From: an uncultured bacterium
GTDB lineage: Bacteria; Zixibacteria; MSB-5A5; CAIYYT01
Direction of reading: 5' to 3'
NCBI GenBank assembly: GCA_963726455.1
Contig: CAVSCK010000003.1
Span: forward strand, 96,001-160,000
DNA: 64,000 bases
Shown: in pieces, positions 20,610-30,453 of the stretch
Numbering within the stretch: the stretch's first letter is position 1
How the letters are laid out: every line of letters starts with the position of its first letter
Program-made: the position numbers and the translations under genes
Notes under the pieces: model-generated
The model's input: only the letters and a program-made list of their open reading frames with translations
The model's database searches: none
What the model was told of the DNA's origin: nothing

Positions 20610-21813
20610 TTACTTTCGTAAGAGTTTAGCTTCGACCAGATCGAGAATGACTTGCGCCAATTGCTGCTTGGTCATCTTGTCGAGCCGACGCGGTTTGCCG
20701 GTGCGTGAAAAGATCGTGGCTCTGTTGTAGTCGCTACCGAACTCGGCGCCCGGCTGCGTGGGATCATTCATTACTATCATATCGAGATTCTTGTCTTTGA
20801 GTTTCCGCAAGGCATTCTTGCTGTCGCCACCAACTTCAAGGGCAAACCCAATCACCATTTTCGGACGATTTTTCGAGCGCCCCACTTCCGCCAGAATATC
20901 GGGATTGGATTTCAGTTCCAATTGCGGGAGTGTGCCGTGCGGAATCTTCGTCTTCGCGACTTTCGCCGGTTTGTAATCGGCAACTGCCGCGGCCATAATC
21001 AGGACATCTTTCTTGCCCGCCGTTTGCGTCAACTGCTGACGTAATTCCTCGGCGGATTCGATATCCACGCGCGTGATGCCGCTCGGAGTCGGCAGCGAAG
21101 TCGGACCGGAAATTAGCACGACCTCCGCTCCGCGCGCAGCCGCTTCGGTCGCAATGGCGTAACCCATCTTGCCGGACGAAAAATTGGAGATGTATCTGAC
21201 CGGATCGATACGCTCTCTGGTCGGTCCGGCAGTCACGATCACGCGCTGGCCGGTCAACTTCTGATTCGCGCGAAAATGCGCCAGCACGCGCTGCAGGATA
21301 TTCTCGGGTTCTTCCAATCTGCCGACTGCCAACGGTCTCACACGCGAGATCACCAGAGCCGGGAGAAATGAAGATGTATCCAAGTTTCGCAAGCTTGGTG
21401 ATGTTCTGCTGCACGATTGGATTGACATACATCTCGGTATTCATGGCAGGAGCAATCATCACCGGGGACTGGCGAGCCAGTACAATTGTGGTCAGAAGGT
21501 CATCGGCTATGCCGCCGGCGATCTTGCCGATGAGATTTCCGGTCGCAGGCGCAAGCAGGATCAAGTCGGCCCACTCGGCGTACGAAATATGGTGCGTAGA
21601 GACAAAACGATCCTCGGGAAACATTTCCAGCGCGACGGGATTGTTCGACAGGGTCTCCAACGTTGACTTGGTGACAAACTCCGTAGCGGATTTGGTCAAT
21701 ACGACTTTGACATCGGCGCCTTCTTTTTTGAGCAGGCGGATGAGAAAGCAGGCCTTGTACGCGGCGATGCAGCCGCTGATCCCCAATAGAATTTTCTTAT
21801 TTTGAAGACGCAT
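20610..21813 (-). CDS. coaBC: Bifunctional phosphopantothenoylcysteine decarboxylase/synthetase; frameshift near 21327
   Basis: GISGCIAAYK, APATGN, PAMNTEMY and GDLAC in one frame; TAGPT.E.IDPVRYISNFSSGKMG, AAVADY and GFALE in the next. Removing one base restores GVGRLEEP. Confidence 0.94.
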
Positions 21814-21827
21814 GATCTATTCAACGA

Positions 21828-22295
21828 TCAATTGATCGTCTCGTTACCGTCGACATTAAACCAGTTGAGGTCGACAGTATTTCCCGACGAGAATACGTAT
21901 CGCGAGGCAATAACTTTCATGACCGGAAGGTCGATAACTTCGCTGCCGAGCATCAAGGACTTGTCAACGATACGCTCGAATTGCGCCGGCGTGATCAGGC
22001 GAAAATGCAGAAGCTGAAGCAGCAAGCCGGCAGCTTCGGGCGTGAAGTGCTGCATCTCCTGCTGGCTGAGTACGCGGACAGAGACGGGCGATTTATCCAT
22101 CGACTGGATACGGCCGCCCTCTTTTTGCAGTTCTTCCAGAAACCAGCCATAGGCAGAGGAAATCTCGGAGTCGGTGAAACCACGGCTCTTGAGATCCTTG
22201 GAGATTGCCCGGTATGGGCCGATCTGACCGTTGTGACTGCGGACGTGTTCTACCAGGTAAAAGACTATTTCCAAAATACGTTCTTCCATTGCCAT
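21828..22295 (-). CDS. DUF494/Smg family protein
   Basis: ERILEIVFYL...L..RGF...EI..A..W, RVLS.QE..HF..EA.G.LL.L...LI...QFERIV. Confidence 0.8.
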   Translation of the reverse strand: MAMEERILEIVFYLVEHVRSHNGQIGPYRAISKDLKSRGFTDSEISSAYGWFLEELQKEGGRIQSMDKSPVSVRVLSQQEMQHFTPEAAGLLLQLLHFRLITPAQFERIVDKSLMLGSEVIDLPVMKVIASRYVFSSGNTVDLNWFNVDGNETIN

Positions 22296-22569
22296 TCTCC
22301 GTATCTAAGTGCCTACTGATAGCGCCGTATTCTGCGCACGCGTTGCCATCCGTGGCCTAGATCCGCACCACCTCACTACCGCACAATTCCTGCATGAAAT
22401 AAAGCTCGCGCGACGGCTTTATGCAAGAATAAAACTCTCGCGATTGGTCACTTACTATAGACTACGAAATTCACCGAGAGAGTTGCAAACAAAAGCGCTT
22501 GACATCCGAGGGAAAATCAGCGAGTATATTCTTCCCCTGAAATTACGAATGTCTGGAGCTATCGTCCGA

Positions 22570-24150
22570 CTAGTGTTTGAAATGTCGGACGCCCGTAAGT
22601 ACCATGGCAATACCCGCTTTGTCGGCGGCAGCAATAGCGTCCTCATCACGTTTTGAACCACCGGGCTGTATGATAGCTTTGACACCTGCGGCGGCAGCGG
22701 CTTCGACGCCATCGGCCATTGGGAAAAAGGCGTCGGATGCCAGCACGGCTCCCTGCGCCCGGGTGCCGGCTTTCTTGACGGCCTGCTCGACGGCATCGAC
22801 TCGCGATGTCTGACCGCAACCAAAGCCAACCAACTTGGAACCGTCGATGATGATGATCGCGTTTGATTTGACGTGCTTGACCAACTGGAAGCCGAAGAGG
22901 AGCGACGCGACCTGAGCGGGAGACGGCTTGGCTTTCGTCACTACGTTGAGATCAGATTCGTGAATGATCTTCTTGTCGGCAGACTGATAGAGAAATCCGC
23001 CATGAATCGATCGAAATATTCTGTCAGTTGTGGAGACGTTGCCAATCTGAGGCAGGCGCAACAGCCGACGTTGCTTCTTCTTCATTAAAAGCGCTAATAC
23101 GTCCGGTTCAAAGTCGGGAGCGAGAATACATTCGACAAATTCGGTGTCGTGCAACAACCGTGCGGTATCCATATCAACCGTGCGGTTGAGGCCGATAATC
23201 GAGCCGTAAGCGGACATCGGGTCGGAAGCAAGCGCATCGCGGTAGGCATCGGCAAGGTTGTCCGCACAGGCAGCGCCGCAGGGATTGGTGTGTTTGACAA
23301 TGCAGGCGAAAGGTTTCTCGAAATCGACAATCATGCTGAGCACCGAGTCGAGATCGACATAGTTATTGTATGAAAGTTCTTTGCCCGCCAATTGCTCGGC
23401 ATCAACCAGCGAAAGAGATTTGTTGGCAATATTGCGATAGAGCGCGGCAGACTGATGGGGATTTTCGCCGTAACGCAGTCCGGCGACCCTGGCGAGATTG
23501 AGAGTAATTGCAGACGGGAAATCGTCGGCCACGTCGGGAGTCTGGCTGCCTTCAAAATACTCGTCGATAGCCCGGTCATATTCATGGGTCAGCTTGTAGG
23601 CGCAAGCAGCATATCCGCGACGGATTGCCACAGACAACGTGCCATCGGTGTTTTTGAAGTCGTTCATAAACTGAGCGTACTGCGACGGCTGTACGAGCAC
23701 GGCGACGGCAGCGAAATTTTTGGCGGCAGCACGAATCATCGTCGGTCCGCCGATGTCGATGTTCTCGATTATCTCTTCTTCTGCCACACCTTTGGCAACG
23801 GTCTGGGCAAAAGGATACAGATTGACGACGACGAGGTCGATGGCTTTGTAGTCCTGAGCGTCAAGTTCTGTTCTATGTTCAGGAATATCGCGCCGAAAGA
23901 GAATGCCGGCGGCAATTTTCGGATGGAGAGTCTTGACCCTGCCGTCCAGAATCTCCGGTGCGCCGGTGAAAGATGACACCGGCACCACGCGGATACCGGC
24001 ATCCTTGAGGGCTTGTTTTGTGCCGCCGGTGGATATTATCTCAACGCCTTCGCCTTCGAGAAAGCGGGCAAGATCGACGATGCCGGTCTTGTCGGAGACA
24101 CTAATCAGCGCGCGTTTGATACGATGTGTTTTGATATCTTTGGCTACCAT
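22570..24150 (-). CDS. purH: AICAR transformylase/IMP cyclohydrolase
   Basis: [52 protein letters not shown]; likely ATG at 24150. Confidence 0.97.
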   Translation of the reverse strand: MVAKDIKTHRIKRALISVSDKTGIVDLARFLEGEGVEIISTGGTKQALKDAGIRVVPVSSFTGAPEILDGRVKTLHPKIAAGILFRRDIPEHRTELDAQDYKAIDLVVVNLYPFAQTVAKGVAEEEIIENIDIGGPTMIRAAAKNFAAVAVLVQPSQYAQFMNDFKNTDGTLSVAIRRGYAACAYKLTHEYDRAIDEYFEGSQTPDVADDFPSAITLNLARVAGLRYGENPHQSAALYRNIANKSLSLVDAEQLAGKELSYNNYVDLDSVLSMIVDFEKPFACIVKHTNPCGAACADNLADAYRDALASDPMSAYGSIIGLNRTVDMDTARLLHDTEFVECILAPDFEPDVLALLMKKKQRRLLRLPQIGNVSTTDRIFRSIHGGFLYQSADKKIIHESDLNVVTKAKPSPAQVASLLFGFQLVKHVKSNAIIIIDGSKLVGFGCGQTSRVDAVEQAVKKAGTRAQGAVLASDAFFPMADGVEAAAAAGVKAIIQPGGSKRDEDAIAAADKAGIAMVLTGVRHFKH

Positions 24151-24160
24151 GAAATCCTCG

Positions 24161-25051
24161 TTATTTGACAATAAGCTTTTCGGCCAGTTCATAGCGTTGA
24201 CGAGTGCCGTCAATCACGTTTTGCGGCAGGCGCGGCGGTGTTGAGTTTTTGTCCCAACCGGACTGCGACAGAAAATCGCGCACGAATTGCTTGTCGAAGG
24301 ATTCCTGCGCAGCGCCGGGGCGATATTTGTCGGCAGGCCAGAACCGCGAAGAATCGGGCGACAGTACCTCGTCAATAAGAATGATGCCGCCGTCGTGGAT
24401 CCCGAATTCGAATTTGGTGTCGGCCAGAATAATGCTGCGTTTTTCACAGTAATCCGCCGCCTTCTTATACAGCGCTTTGGAAATCGCGCGCAACTTCGCG
24501 GCAAGTTCGAGTTCGACGATCTGTGCCATTTCCTCGAAAGAGATGTTCATGTCGTGACCGCTGTCTTCCTTGGTCGCCGGAGTAAAGATCGGTTCATCCA
24601 GTTTCTGTGATTCTTTCAGATTATCCGGAAACGTAAAACCGAGCAGCCGGGTGTTGCCTGACTTGAGGCCTTTGACATAGTCGCTCCAAAGCGAGCCGGA
24701 AATGTAGCCGCGCACGACACATTCGATGTCGATGCGTTCGGCTTTCTTGACCAGCATTGACCTGCCCTCCAGTTGATCGCGATACTTGTGCAGGACTTCC
24801 GGATAGGCCGAAATGTCGGCGGTGATAAAGTGGTTCGGTACGACGTCCTTCAAGTACTCAAACCAGAAGAGCGACATGCGCGTCAGGACCTTGCCTTTTT
24901 CCGGAATGGGATCGGGCAGCACGTGGTCGAAGGCAGAGAGCCGGTCGGTGGCAACGATCAACAACTTGTCGTCGAGATCGTACACATCGCGCACTTTGCC
25001 GCGCGCAAACAGTTTTATGTCCGGCATATTCGTTTGCCACAGACTATCCAT
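24161..25051 (-). CDS. purC: SAICAR synthetase
   Basis: GKVRDVY, TDRLSAFD, ECVVRGY, ADTKFEFG, PDSSRFW, DKQFVRD. Confidence 0.97.
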   Translation of the reverse strand: MDSLWQTNMPDIKLFARGKVRDVYDLDDKLLIVATDRLSAFDHVLPDPIPEKGKVLTRMSLFWFEYLKDVVPNHFITADISAYPEVLHKYRDQLEGRSMLVKKAERIDIECVVRGYISGSLWSDYVKGLKSGNTRLLGFTFPDNLKESQKLDEPIFTPATKEDSGHDMNISFEEMAQIVELELAAKLRAISKALYKKAADYCEKRSIILADTKFEFGIHDGGIILIDEVLSPDSSRFWPADKYRPGAAQESFDKQFVRDFLSQSGWDKNSTPPRLPQNVIDGTRQRYELAEKLIVK

Positions 25052-25054
25052 GTC

Positions 25055-25660
25055 CTACTCCAATCGCAGTTCTCCCGAGGCGATCCGCGCGACCGTCTCA
25101 GGGTACAGTTGATGTTCTATTTCAAGCACCCGGCATTGCAGCGATTCGGGGGTGTCGTCGTCAAGCACGGATACCCGTCGCTGAGCCAGAATTCGGCCGT
25201 TGTCATAGACTTCGTTGACCAGATGAATCGTGACGCCGGTTTCTTTCTCGCCGGCAGCCAGCACCGCTTCGTGTACGTGCAAGCCGTACATTCCCTTACC
25301 GCCGAATTTGGGCAGCAAGGCCGGATGTATGTTGAGGATGCGGTCGTGGTAAGTGCGGATGACTTCGGTGGGGATTCTCTTCATGTAACCGGCAAGGCAG
25401 ATCAGCTCGACGCCACGGTCGGCTAGTTGTTTCAGAAGTTCCCTGGTGTAAGTTTCCTCCGAATCGAAGTCACGGTCGGTGAGAACCAGCGTTTCAATAT
25501 TGTCGTTTTGAGCGCGCTCCAGGGCATAGGCCTTACGGTTGTTGGAGAACACAACCACGATCTCGCCTTTAATCTGGCCGGAATTGCAGCCATCAATCAG
25601 CGCTTGCAGGTTGGAACCACCGTGCGAAGCGAAAACAGCGATGCGAAGCTTCTTAGACAA
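25055..25660 (-). CDS. purN: Phosphoribosylglycinamide formyltransferase
   Basis: FASHGGSNLQA, LAGYMK, NIHPALLP..GG.GMYG..VH, GVTIH.V...YD.G; TTG start. Confidence 0.96.
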   Translation of the reverse strand: MSKKLRIAVFASHGGSNLQALIDGCNSGQIKGEIVVVFSNNRKAYALERAQNDNIETLVLTDRDFDSEETYTRELLKQLADRGVELICLAGYMKRIPTEVIRTYHDRILNIHPALLPKFGGKGMYGLHVHEAVLAAGEKETGVTIHLVNEVYDNGRILAQRRVSVLDDDTPESLQCRVLEIEHQLYPETVARIASGELRLE

Positions 25661-25740
25661 TCTACTTCTGCCTTGCCTCCCCGCTGTCGAATTTCGCGGG
25701 TTTGCCTCCGTTATCCGGCAGATGCCGGTTACAGCGCGGT

Positions 25741-25769
25741 AAGGTAGCGTCCGACGCGCCCTGAGTCAA
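25741..25769 (-). promoter_or_regulatory. sigma70 promoter of purN-purC-purH
   Basis: Minus-strand TTGACT-17 nt-TACCTT. Confidence 0.6.
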
Positions 25770-25803
25770 CAGTGATTAGACACTGGCTGGGCGCAGGAAT
25801 CTT

Positions 25804-25862
25804 GGGATTGCTTCGTCGCTTCCCACGCCCGCCATCCCTTCCCCTCGCTCCTCGCAATGACA
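25804..25862. repeat. Solo RPE/REP-like palindromic element
   Basis: GGGATTGCTTCGTCGCT-[C-rich insert]-CGCTCCTCGCAATGAC, matching the recalled GATTGCTTCGTCGCTTCGCTCCTCGCAATGAC repeat family. Confidence 0.6.
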
Positions 25863-25913
25863 GTACGGAGACCGGCAATTACGGTCGGGGAACGCAAGAC
25901 CGGTGGAAATGAC

Positions 25914-25945
25914 AAGGCCGTCGGCGACAAATCGCAGACGGCCTT
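25914..25945 (-). terminator. Hairpin after the slipin gene, probable terminator
   Basis: AAGGCCGTC...GACGGCCTT inverted repeat 25 nt after the stop; U-tract weak. Confidence 0.5.
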
Positions 25946-25970
25946 TCAGAGAATCATGTCAGAAACAGAA

Positions 25971-26759
25971 TTACGGCTGCTTCTTCTCCGCCTCGCCGAC
26001 TTCGAGCTGCATCTTCTTCATGAAGGGTGTCAGCAGGTCGATGGGAACAGGGAAGATAAGAGTCGAGTTCTTCTCGGCGGCGACTTCCGTGAGAGTCTGC
26101 AGGAATCGCAACTGCAGGGTATACTGCGACGATTCCATAACTTTTGCTGCTTCGGACAGCTTCGTAGCAGCCTGATATTCGCCAGTAGCATGAATGACTT
26201 TGGCGCGGCGTTCGCGCTCGGCTTCGGCCTGCTTGGAGATAGCGCGGATCATTTCCTGTGGCAGATCGACGTTCTTGACCTCGACCACAGACACCTTGAT
26301 GCCCCAGGGTTCGGTTTGATCGTCAATGATCTTCTGCAGCCGCTGATTAATCTCTTCACGGTTGGACAACAGGTCATCCAGGTCGACCTGTCCCAGAACC
26401 GATCGCAGAGTTGTCTGGGCAATCATCGAAGTCGCGTAGAAATAATCCTCGACGGCTACGATTGCCCGCTGAGGTTCGACGACCATGAAATAGATCACGG
26501 CATTGACTTTGACCGTGACGTTGTCTCGCGTAATGACGTCCTGCGGCGGGACGTCCATCGTGAAAGTACGCAATGAGACCTTCACCATGCGGTCGACAAG
26601 CGGAATTAGCAATATCAGACCGGGTCCCTTGACGCCGATCACGCGGCCGAGACGGAAGATCACACCGCGTTCATATTCCTGCAAAATGCGGATTGCATTT
26701 AACAGGATGAACAGGGCAAAGAATGCAATAACAATTAACGGAACTGCACCTGCGGCCAT
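25971..26759 (-). CDS. Slipin / SPFH (band 7) protein
   Basis: [66 protein letters not shown]. Confidence 0.95.
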   Translation of the reverse strand: MAAGAVPLIVIAFFALFILLNAIRILQEYERGVIFRLGRVIGVKGPGLILLIPLVDRMVKVSLRTFTMDVPPQDVITRDNVTVKVNAVIYFMVVEPQRAIVAVEDYFYATSMIAQTTLRSVLGQVDLDDLLSNREEINQRLQKIIDDQTEPWGIKVSVVEVKNVDLPQEMIRAISKQAEAERERRAKVIHATGEYQAATKLSEAAKVMESSQYTLQLRFLQTLTEVAAEKNSTLIFPVPIDLLTPFMKKMQLEVGEAEKKQP

Positions 26760-28055
26760 TTATCCCTCCTTGTTGGAAGTAGATTTCGTTACTCTCAGTG
26801 TCGTATGTTCGCCCGACAGGACGCGGACTTTCTCGCCTTTCTCGATCTTTTCATCGGCGACGGCGCGCCAGAGTGCGCCGGCGACAAAGACCATGCCTTC
26901 GCCGTCGATCGTCTCCCGGACTTTGCCGATTTGACCGACCATGCCTTCAAAGCCGGTGGTAACCTGCCGTCGGTAAGATTTCACGACAAATCCCAGAGCA
27001 AACACAATGAAGGCGGCGACGCAAAACGCCACCGTAAAGATAATGCTCTTACTGATTTGCAGGGTTGGTTCGGGACTATCGATTAACATCAAGCCTCCTA
27101 GTATCAGAGAGATGACTCCGCCGATAGTAAGCATGCCGTAACTGGTGACTTTGATCTCCAGCAGAAACATAATGATGGCCAGGATGATCAAAGCCAGTCC
27201 GGCGTAATTGATCGGTAACGCCTGCATACCAAGCAAGGCGACGATGATACAGATACCGCCAACGATGCCCGGCAGAATGGCGCCGGGGTTATAGAGTTCG
27301 ATAGCCAAGCCAAGTGTACCGAGGGAAAATAGAATGAATATGATATTCGGGTTAGTGATGACATCCAGGATGGCCTCGGAAAAGGTCTTCTCCACTTTTT
27401 CTGTAGTCGCATCTTTGGTGTGAACGGTGTCCTCGCCGTCAACCATCTTAACGATCTTGCCGTCGGCCTTCTCCAGAACGTCGCCCAGATTGTTGGCGAT
27501 GAAGTCGACCACGTTGGAATCGACGGCCTCGGTAGCGGTAATACTGATGCCCTCACGAACGGCGCGCTCAACCCAGTAGCGATTATGCCCACGGCGCTCA
27601 GCAGCACCCTCAAGGTTGGCGACGGCGTCATTAATGATCTTCTTGTATAAGGCGCTATCGATCTTCTCGCCGCCCATCGATACCGGCGTAGCCGAGCCAA
27701 TGTTGGTTGACGGCGCCATAGCCGAAACATGAGCCGAATAGGTTATGTAAACTCCTGCCGAGGCAGCGCGTCCGCCGGAAGGATAGACGTAAACGATCAC
27801 AGGTACTTTGGCATTCATGATTGCCGTAGTAATCTTCAGCGTTGTCTCCATGACGCCGCCGGGAGTGTTCAGCTCGATCACCAGCGCCGCTGCGCCTTCT
27901 TCTTCGGCCAACTTCAAGGCGCGCTCGAAATGCTTGAGTGTAATGGCGCCGATGGGACCGTCGATGGTCATCAATTTGACGGCTCTGGCAGATGCGATCT
28001 CCGACGACAAGGCCAGACAAAGAATCAAGAGAATGAGCGCCCTACACAATTTCAT
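26760..28055 (-). CDS. nfeD: Long-form NfeD membrane serine protease
   Basis: ELNTPGG, RAASAG, MAPSTNIGSATPV, TM bundle, C-terminal OB-fold G.V.V.G.LWRA; adjacent to slipin. Confidence 0.92.
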   Translation of the reverse strand: MKLCRALILLILCLALSSEIASARAVKLMTIDGPIGAITLKHFERALKLAEEEGAAALVIELNTPGGVMETTLKITTAIMNAKVPVIVYVYPSGGRAASAGVYITYSAHVSAMAPSTNIGSATPVSMGGEKIDSALYKKIINDAVANLEGAAERRGHNRYWVERAVREGISITATEAVDSNVVDFIANNLGDVLEKADGKIVKMVDGEDTVHTKDATTEKVEKTFSEAILDVITNPNIIFILFSLGTLGLAIELYNPGAILPGIVGGICIIVALLGMQALPINYAGLALIILAIIMFLLEIKVTSYGMLTIGGVISLILGGLMLIDSPEPTLQISKSIIFTVAFCVAAFIVFALGFVVKSYRRQVTTGFEGMVGQIGKVRETIDGEGMVFVAGALWRAVADEKIEKGEKVRVLSGEHTTLRVTKSTSNKEG

Positions 28056-28176
28056 CTTAACTACCTCCCCGAGGCGAAAGCCGATATGCTTTCTTTTTCA
28101 GTATGCCGTAGTTAATCTCTCAAATACAGTCAAACAGGTCAACCAAAAAGAAAAGACGAGATGAAGGCGGGTTCTG

Positions 28177-30432
28177 TTAGAATTCGGCGATTCCGTAGAG
28201 CTCCGGTCGCGGCGGCCCGGCAACGCCTTCGGAGGGAATCAGGAAGCCGATGGCTTTAGCGAGCTTCGAGTCGCCTGGATTGTCGTAATCGACCAATTCG
28301 ACCCCCAGCCCGAACCGCTTGGTCTCCTTCGTCAGCCAGCCGCTGAAGGTTGCCAGGGGGAGCTTGAGTTCGAAAGTATAGCCGGCCTCGGTACGAATAC
28401 TGGCGATTTCGTACGGTGTCTGAATGCCAAGCTGAACGCGGACTTTGGAATTCGCGGCAGTCGGCGCCATGATGTAAAGTGAGAAACAACCGTTGCCAGC
28501 CGCAAAGTCACGGGAAAAATAGCTGCCAGAGGTTGGACGGAAGTCGAAGAAGACAGCTACCATGTCGCCGGTGGCGTCGTCAAGGGACACCAGACTATCG
28601 TCTTTGATTGACCCGACGACGTAGAGGTCGGTATCAGTACGGGCAAAATATATCTTCCCCGAGAGGTCATCGTCGCCGCGCCACGGAGCTGCGCCGTAAC
28701 GGAATCCTGAGGCGCCGGAGAACAGCATTGGCTTGTCTTTGGCCCATTCGGCCAGGTCGCCGTCGATCGTGGGCTCGGGTTTCTTCTCCTTGATCCTGTA
28801 CAAGGCCCTGGGGTCGTTGGTAGCCAATGTCAGGCGGGCGGCCAGGGGTTGATAGGCGGTCGAATCGGCAATTGCGGCCAACTGATTCTCGGACTGGGAG
28901 AAACAACGGCCGGCGAGTTTGTTTTCGCCGCCCTGGCGTAAGTCGTAGCCCATTCGGAAGAAGGACTCAGCCAGTTCAGGGCTTTTGGCGCTGAGCTTAA
29001 GGTAGCTATCCGCGAGATCCTTCAGGTATTCCTTGTTGAAGTTTTTCGAGAAGAGCGCCAGACGATCTACCGCCGTCAGAATTAAGTTTTCGGATAGGCG
29101 GTCAGTGGAAGTACCGCCTTCGAGATAATCGCGATAGGCGTTGAGAGCGTTGAACGCATAATCCGCTGACTGCAGGTAGAGCTGATCATTATAGCAAACG
29201 TCGCCCATTTGCAGGCCGGCGCTGACCGCGGCGAAGCTGTTGGGATACTCCCCAATGACCTTCTGATAGGCGGCGACCATATCGTTCTTGCGATTGGCGG
29301 TTCTGAATAGATAAGCCAGGTCCAGATAGTAACCCGGAACTTTGCTTGAATCGGTTTCTGACGAAATCTTCGAATTGATCGCTGCGATTGCTTCCCTGGT
29401 GTGGATCGTCACTGCCGCCACCTGCAGTGGATGCGGATTCCCCACTGAGGAGTAAGTCGCGACCGCGGTATCGGGCGAAAGATCGACTATCGGAACACCA
29501 CCCGCGGTGGGGTCGCAGCCGATCCAATAGCGGCCACCGGAAACAACCATGCCACTTTGAGGCGCCTGCCCGAGCGAGAAACCGGCAATGCGGGATACAG
29601 TGACCGTATCGTCTGAAACGAAGAGATTAAAGACGCGCACATTCTCGGCACTACCCAGGGAAATCTGATCGAAAGTTACCGCCATTTTGAGGCCGTCAGG
29701 CGTGAAAGCGATAGAAGAGCAACCTTGTCCGAGATTAAGCACCCAGAATGGTTTGTCGGTGCGAGTGTCAACGACGGTGATTTGCGAGCCACCACGCTTG
29801 CCACCACCCAAACCACGGCAAACGACGAACAGGCGGCCGTTGTCCGGTGTTAACGTCAGGGCTGAGGGTCCAAAGCCGACAGCGATTGTTGTCACGGTCT
29901 TGAAACTTGCGATATCGATCTTAGTGACTGTTCCCTGCTGAGCTGAGGCACAGTAGAGTGTCTTGGAATCACTGGTGACGGCACCTGCTGTCGGGCCGAC
30001 GATTTGGGACAAAGTGGACACGACATTAGAGGATGCGCGGTCGATCACGGACAGATCAGTTTGACCGCCGGGAACTGCGCCGATGATGAAACAATACCTG
30101 CCATCGGGCGAGAAGAGCGCGCCGGTTACCTGACGTTGCACGTCAAGGGATTTGACCAATTGATCGGTGACAGTACTGAAAATATCGCAGGAGGTGCCGG
30201 ATGCGTCGAACAGCCAGACCTGTGACGAGTCGGGAGTGGCAACAGCGACGGCGGCATCATGGGCGGGCTGCAACTGATTGATAAGCTGGCCGGTTTCCAC
30301 CGCATACACCAGCGTCGCAGCGTGGCCGACTTCTCCGCCGGCTCCGGCAGGAATATAGATCTTTGTAATTGTCTGCGCCGATGTGCTGATAGACAACACA
30401 GCGGCGACAAGTATCGTCAACAGTATTCTCAA
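28177..30432 (-). CDS. Secreted hypothetical protein: YVTN-like beta-propeller, TPR-like helices and CBM9/DOMON-like C-terminal domain
   Basis: Signal peptide; TIAVG.GP..L.LTPD..RLFV repeats; AYQKVIGEYPNS (TPR/BamD-like); PTIDGDLAEW, DLSG..Y......LY.....DD, GYTFELKLP. Confidence 0.7.
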   Translation of the reverse strand: MRILLTILVAAVLSISTSAQTITKIYIPAGAGGEVGHAATLVYAVETGQLINQLQPAHDAAVAVATPDSSQVWLFDASGTSCDIFSTVTDQLVKSLDVQRQVTGALFSPDGRYCFIIGAVPGGQTDLSVIDRASSNVVSTLSQIVGPTAGAVTSDSKTLYCASAQQGTVTKIDIASFKTVTTIAVGFGPSALTLTPDNGRLFVVCRGLGGGKRGGSQITVVDTRTDKPFWVLNLGQGCSSIAFTPDGLKMAVTFDQISLGSAENVRVFNLFVSDDTVTVSRIAGFSLGQAPQSGMVVSGGRYWIGCDPTAGGVPIVDLSPDTAVATYSSVGNPHPLQVAAVTIHTREAIAAINSKISSETDSSKVPGYYLDLAYLFRTANRKNDMVAAYQKVIGEYPNSFAAVSAGLQMGDVCYNDQLYLQSADYAFNALNAYRDYLEGGTSTDRLSENLILTAVDRLALFSKNFNKEYLKDLADSYLKLSAKSPELAESFFRMGYDLRQGGENKLAGRCFSQSENQLAAIADSTAYQPLAARLTLATNDPRALYRIKEKKPEPTIDGDLAEWAKDKPMLFSGASGFRYGAAPWRGDDDLSGKIYFARTDTDLYVVGSIKDDSLVSLDDATGDMVAVFFDFRPTSGSYFSRDFAAGNGCFSLYIMAPTAANSKVRVQLGIQTPYEIASIRTEAGYTFELKLPLATFSGWLTKETKRFGLGVELVDYDNPGDSKLAKAIGFLIPSEGVAGPPRPELYGIAEF

Positions 30433-30453
30433 CTCGACAGCTCCCCTGTCATA

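Noticed and set aside
25640-25712. c-di-GMP-I or ZTP riboswitch call for the purN leader
   Set aside because: Only partial resemblance: no GNRA-capped P2 or proper P3, and no ZTP consensus. Kept as an unclassified candidate.
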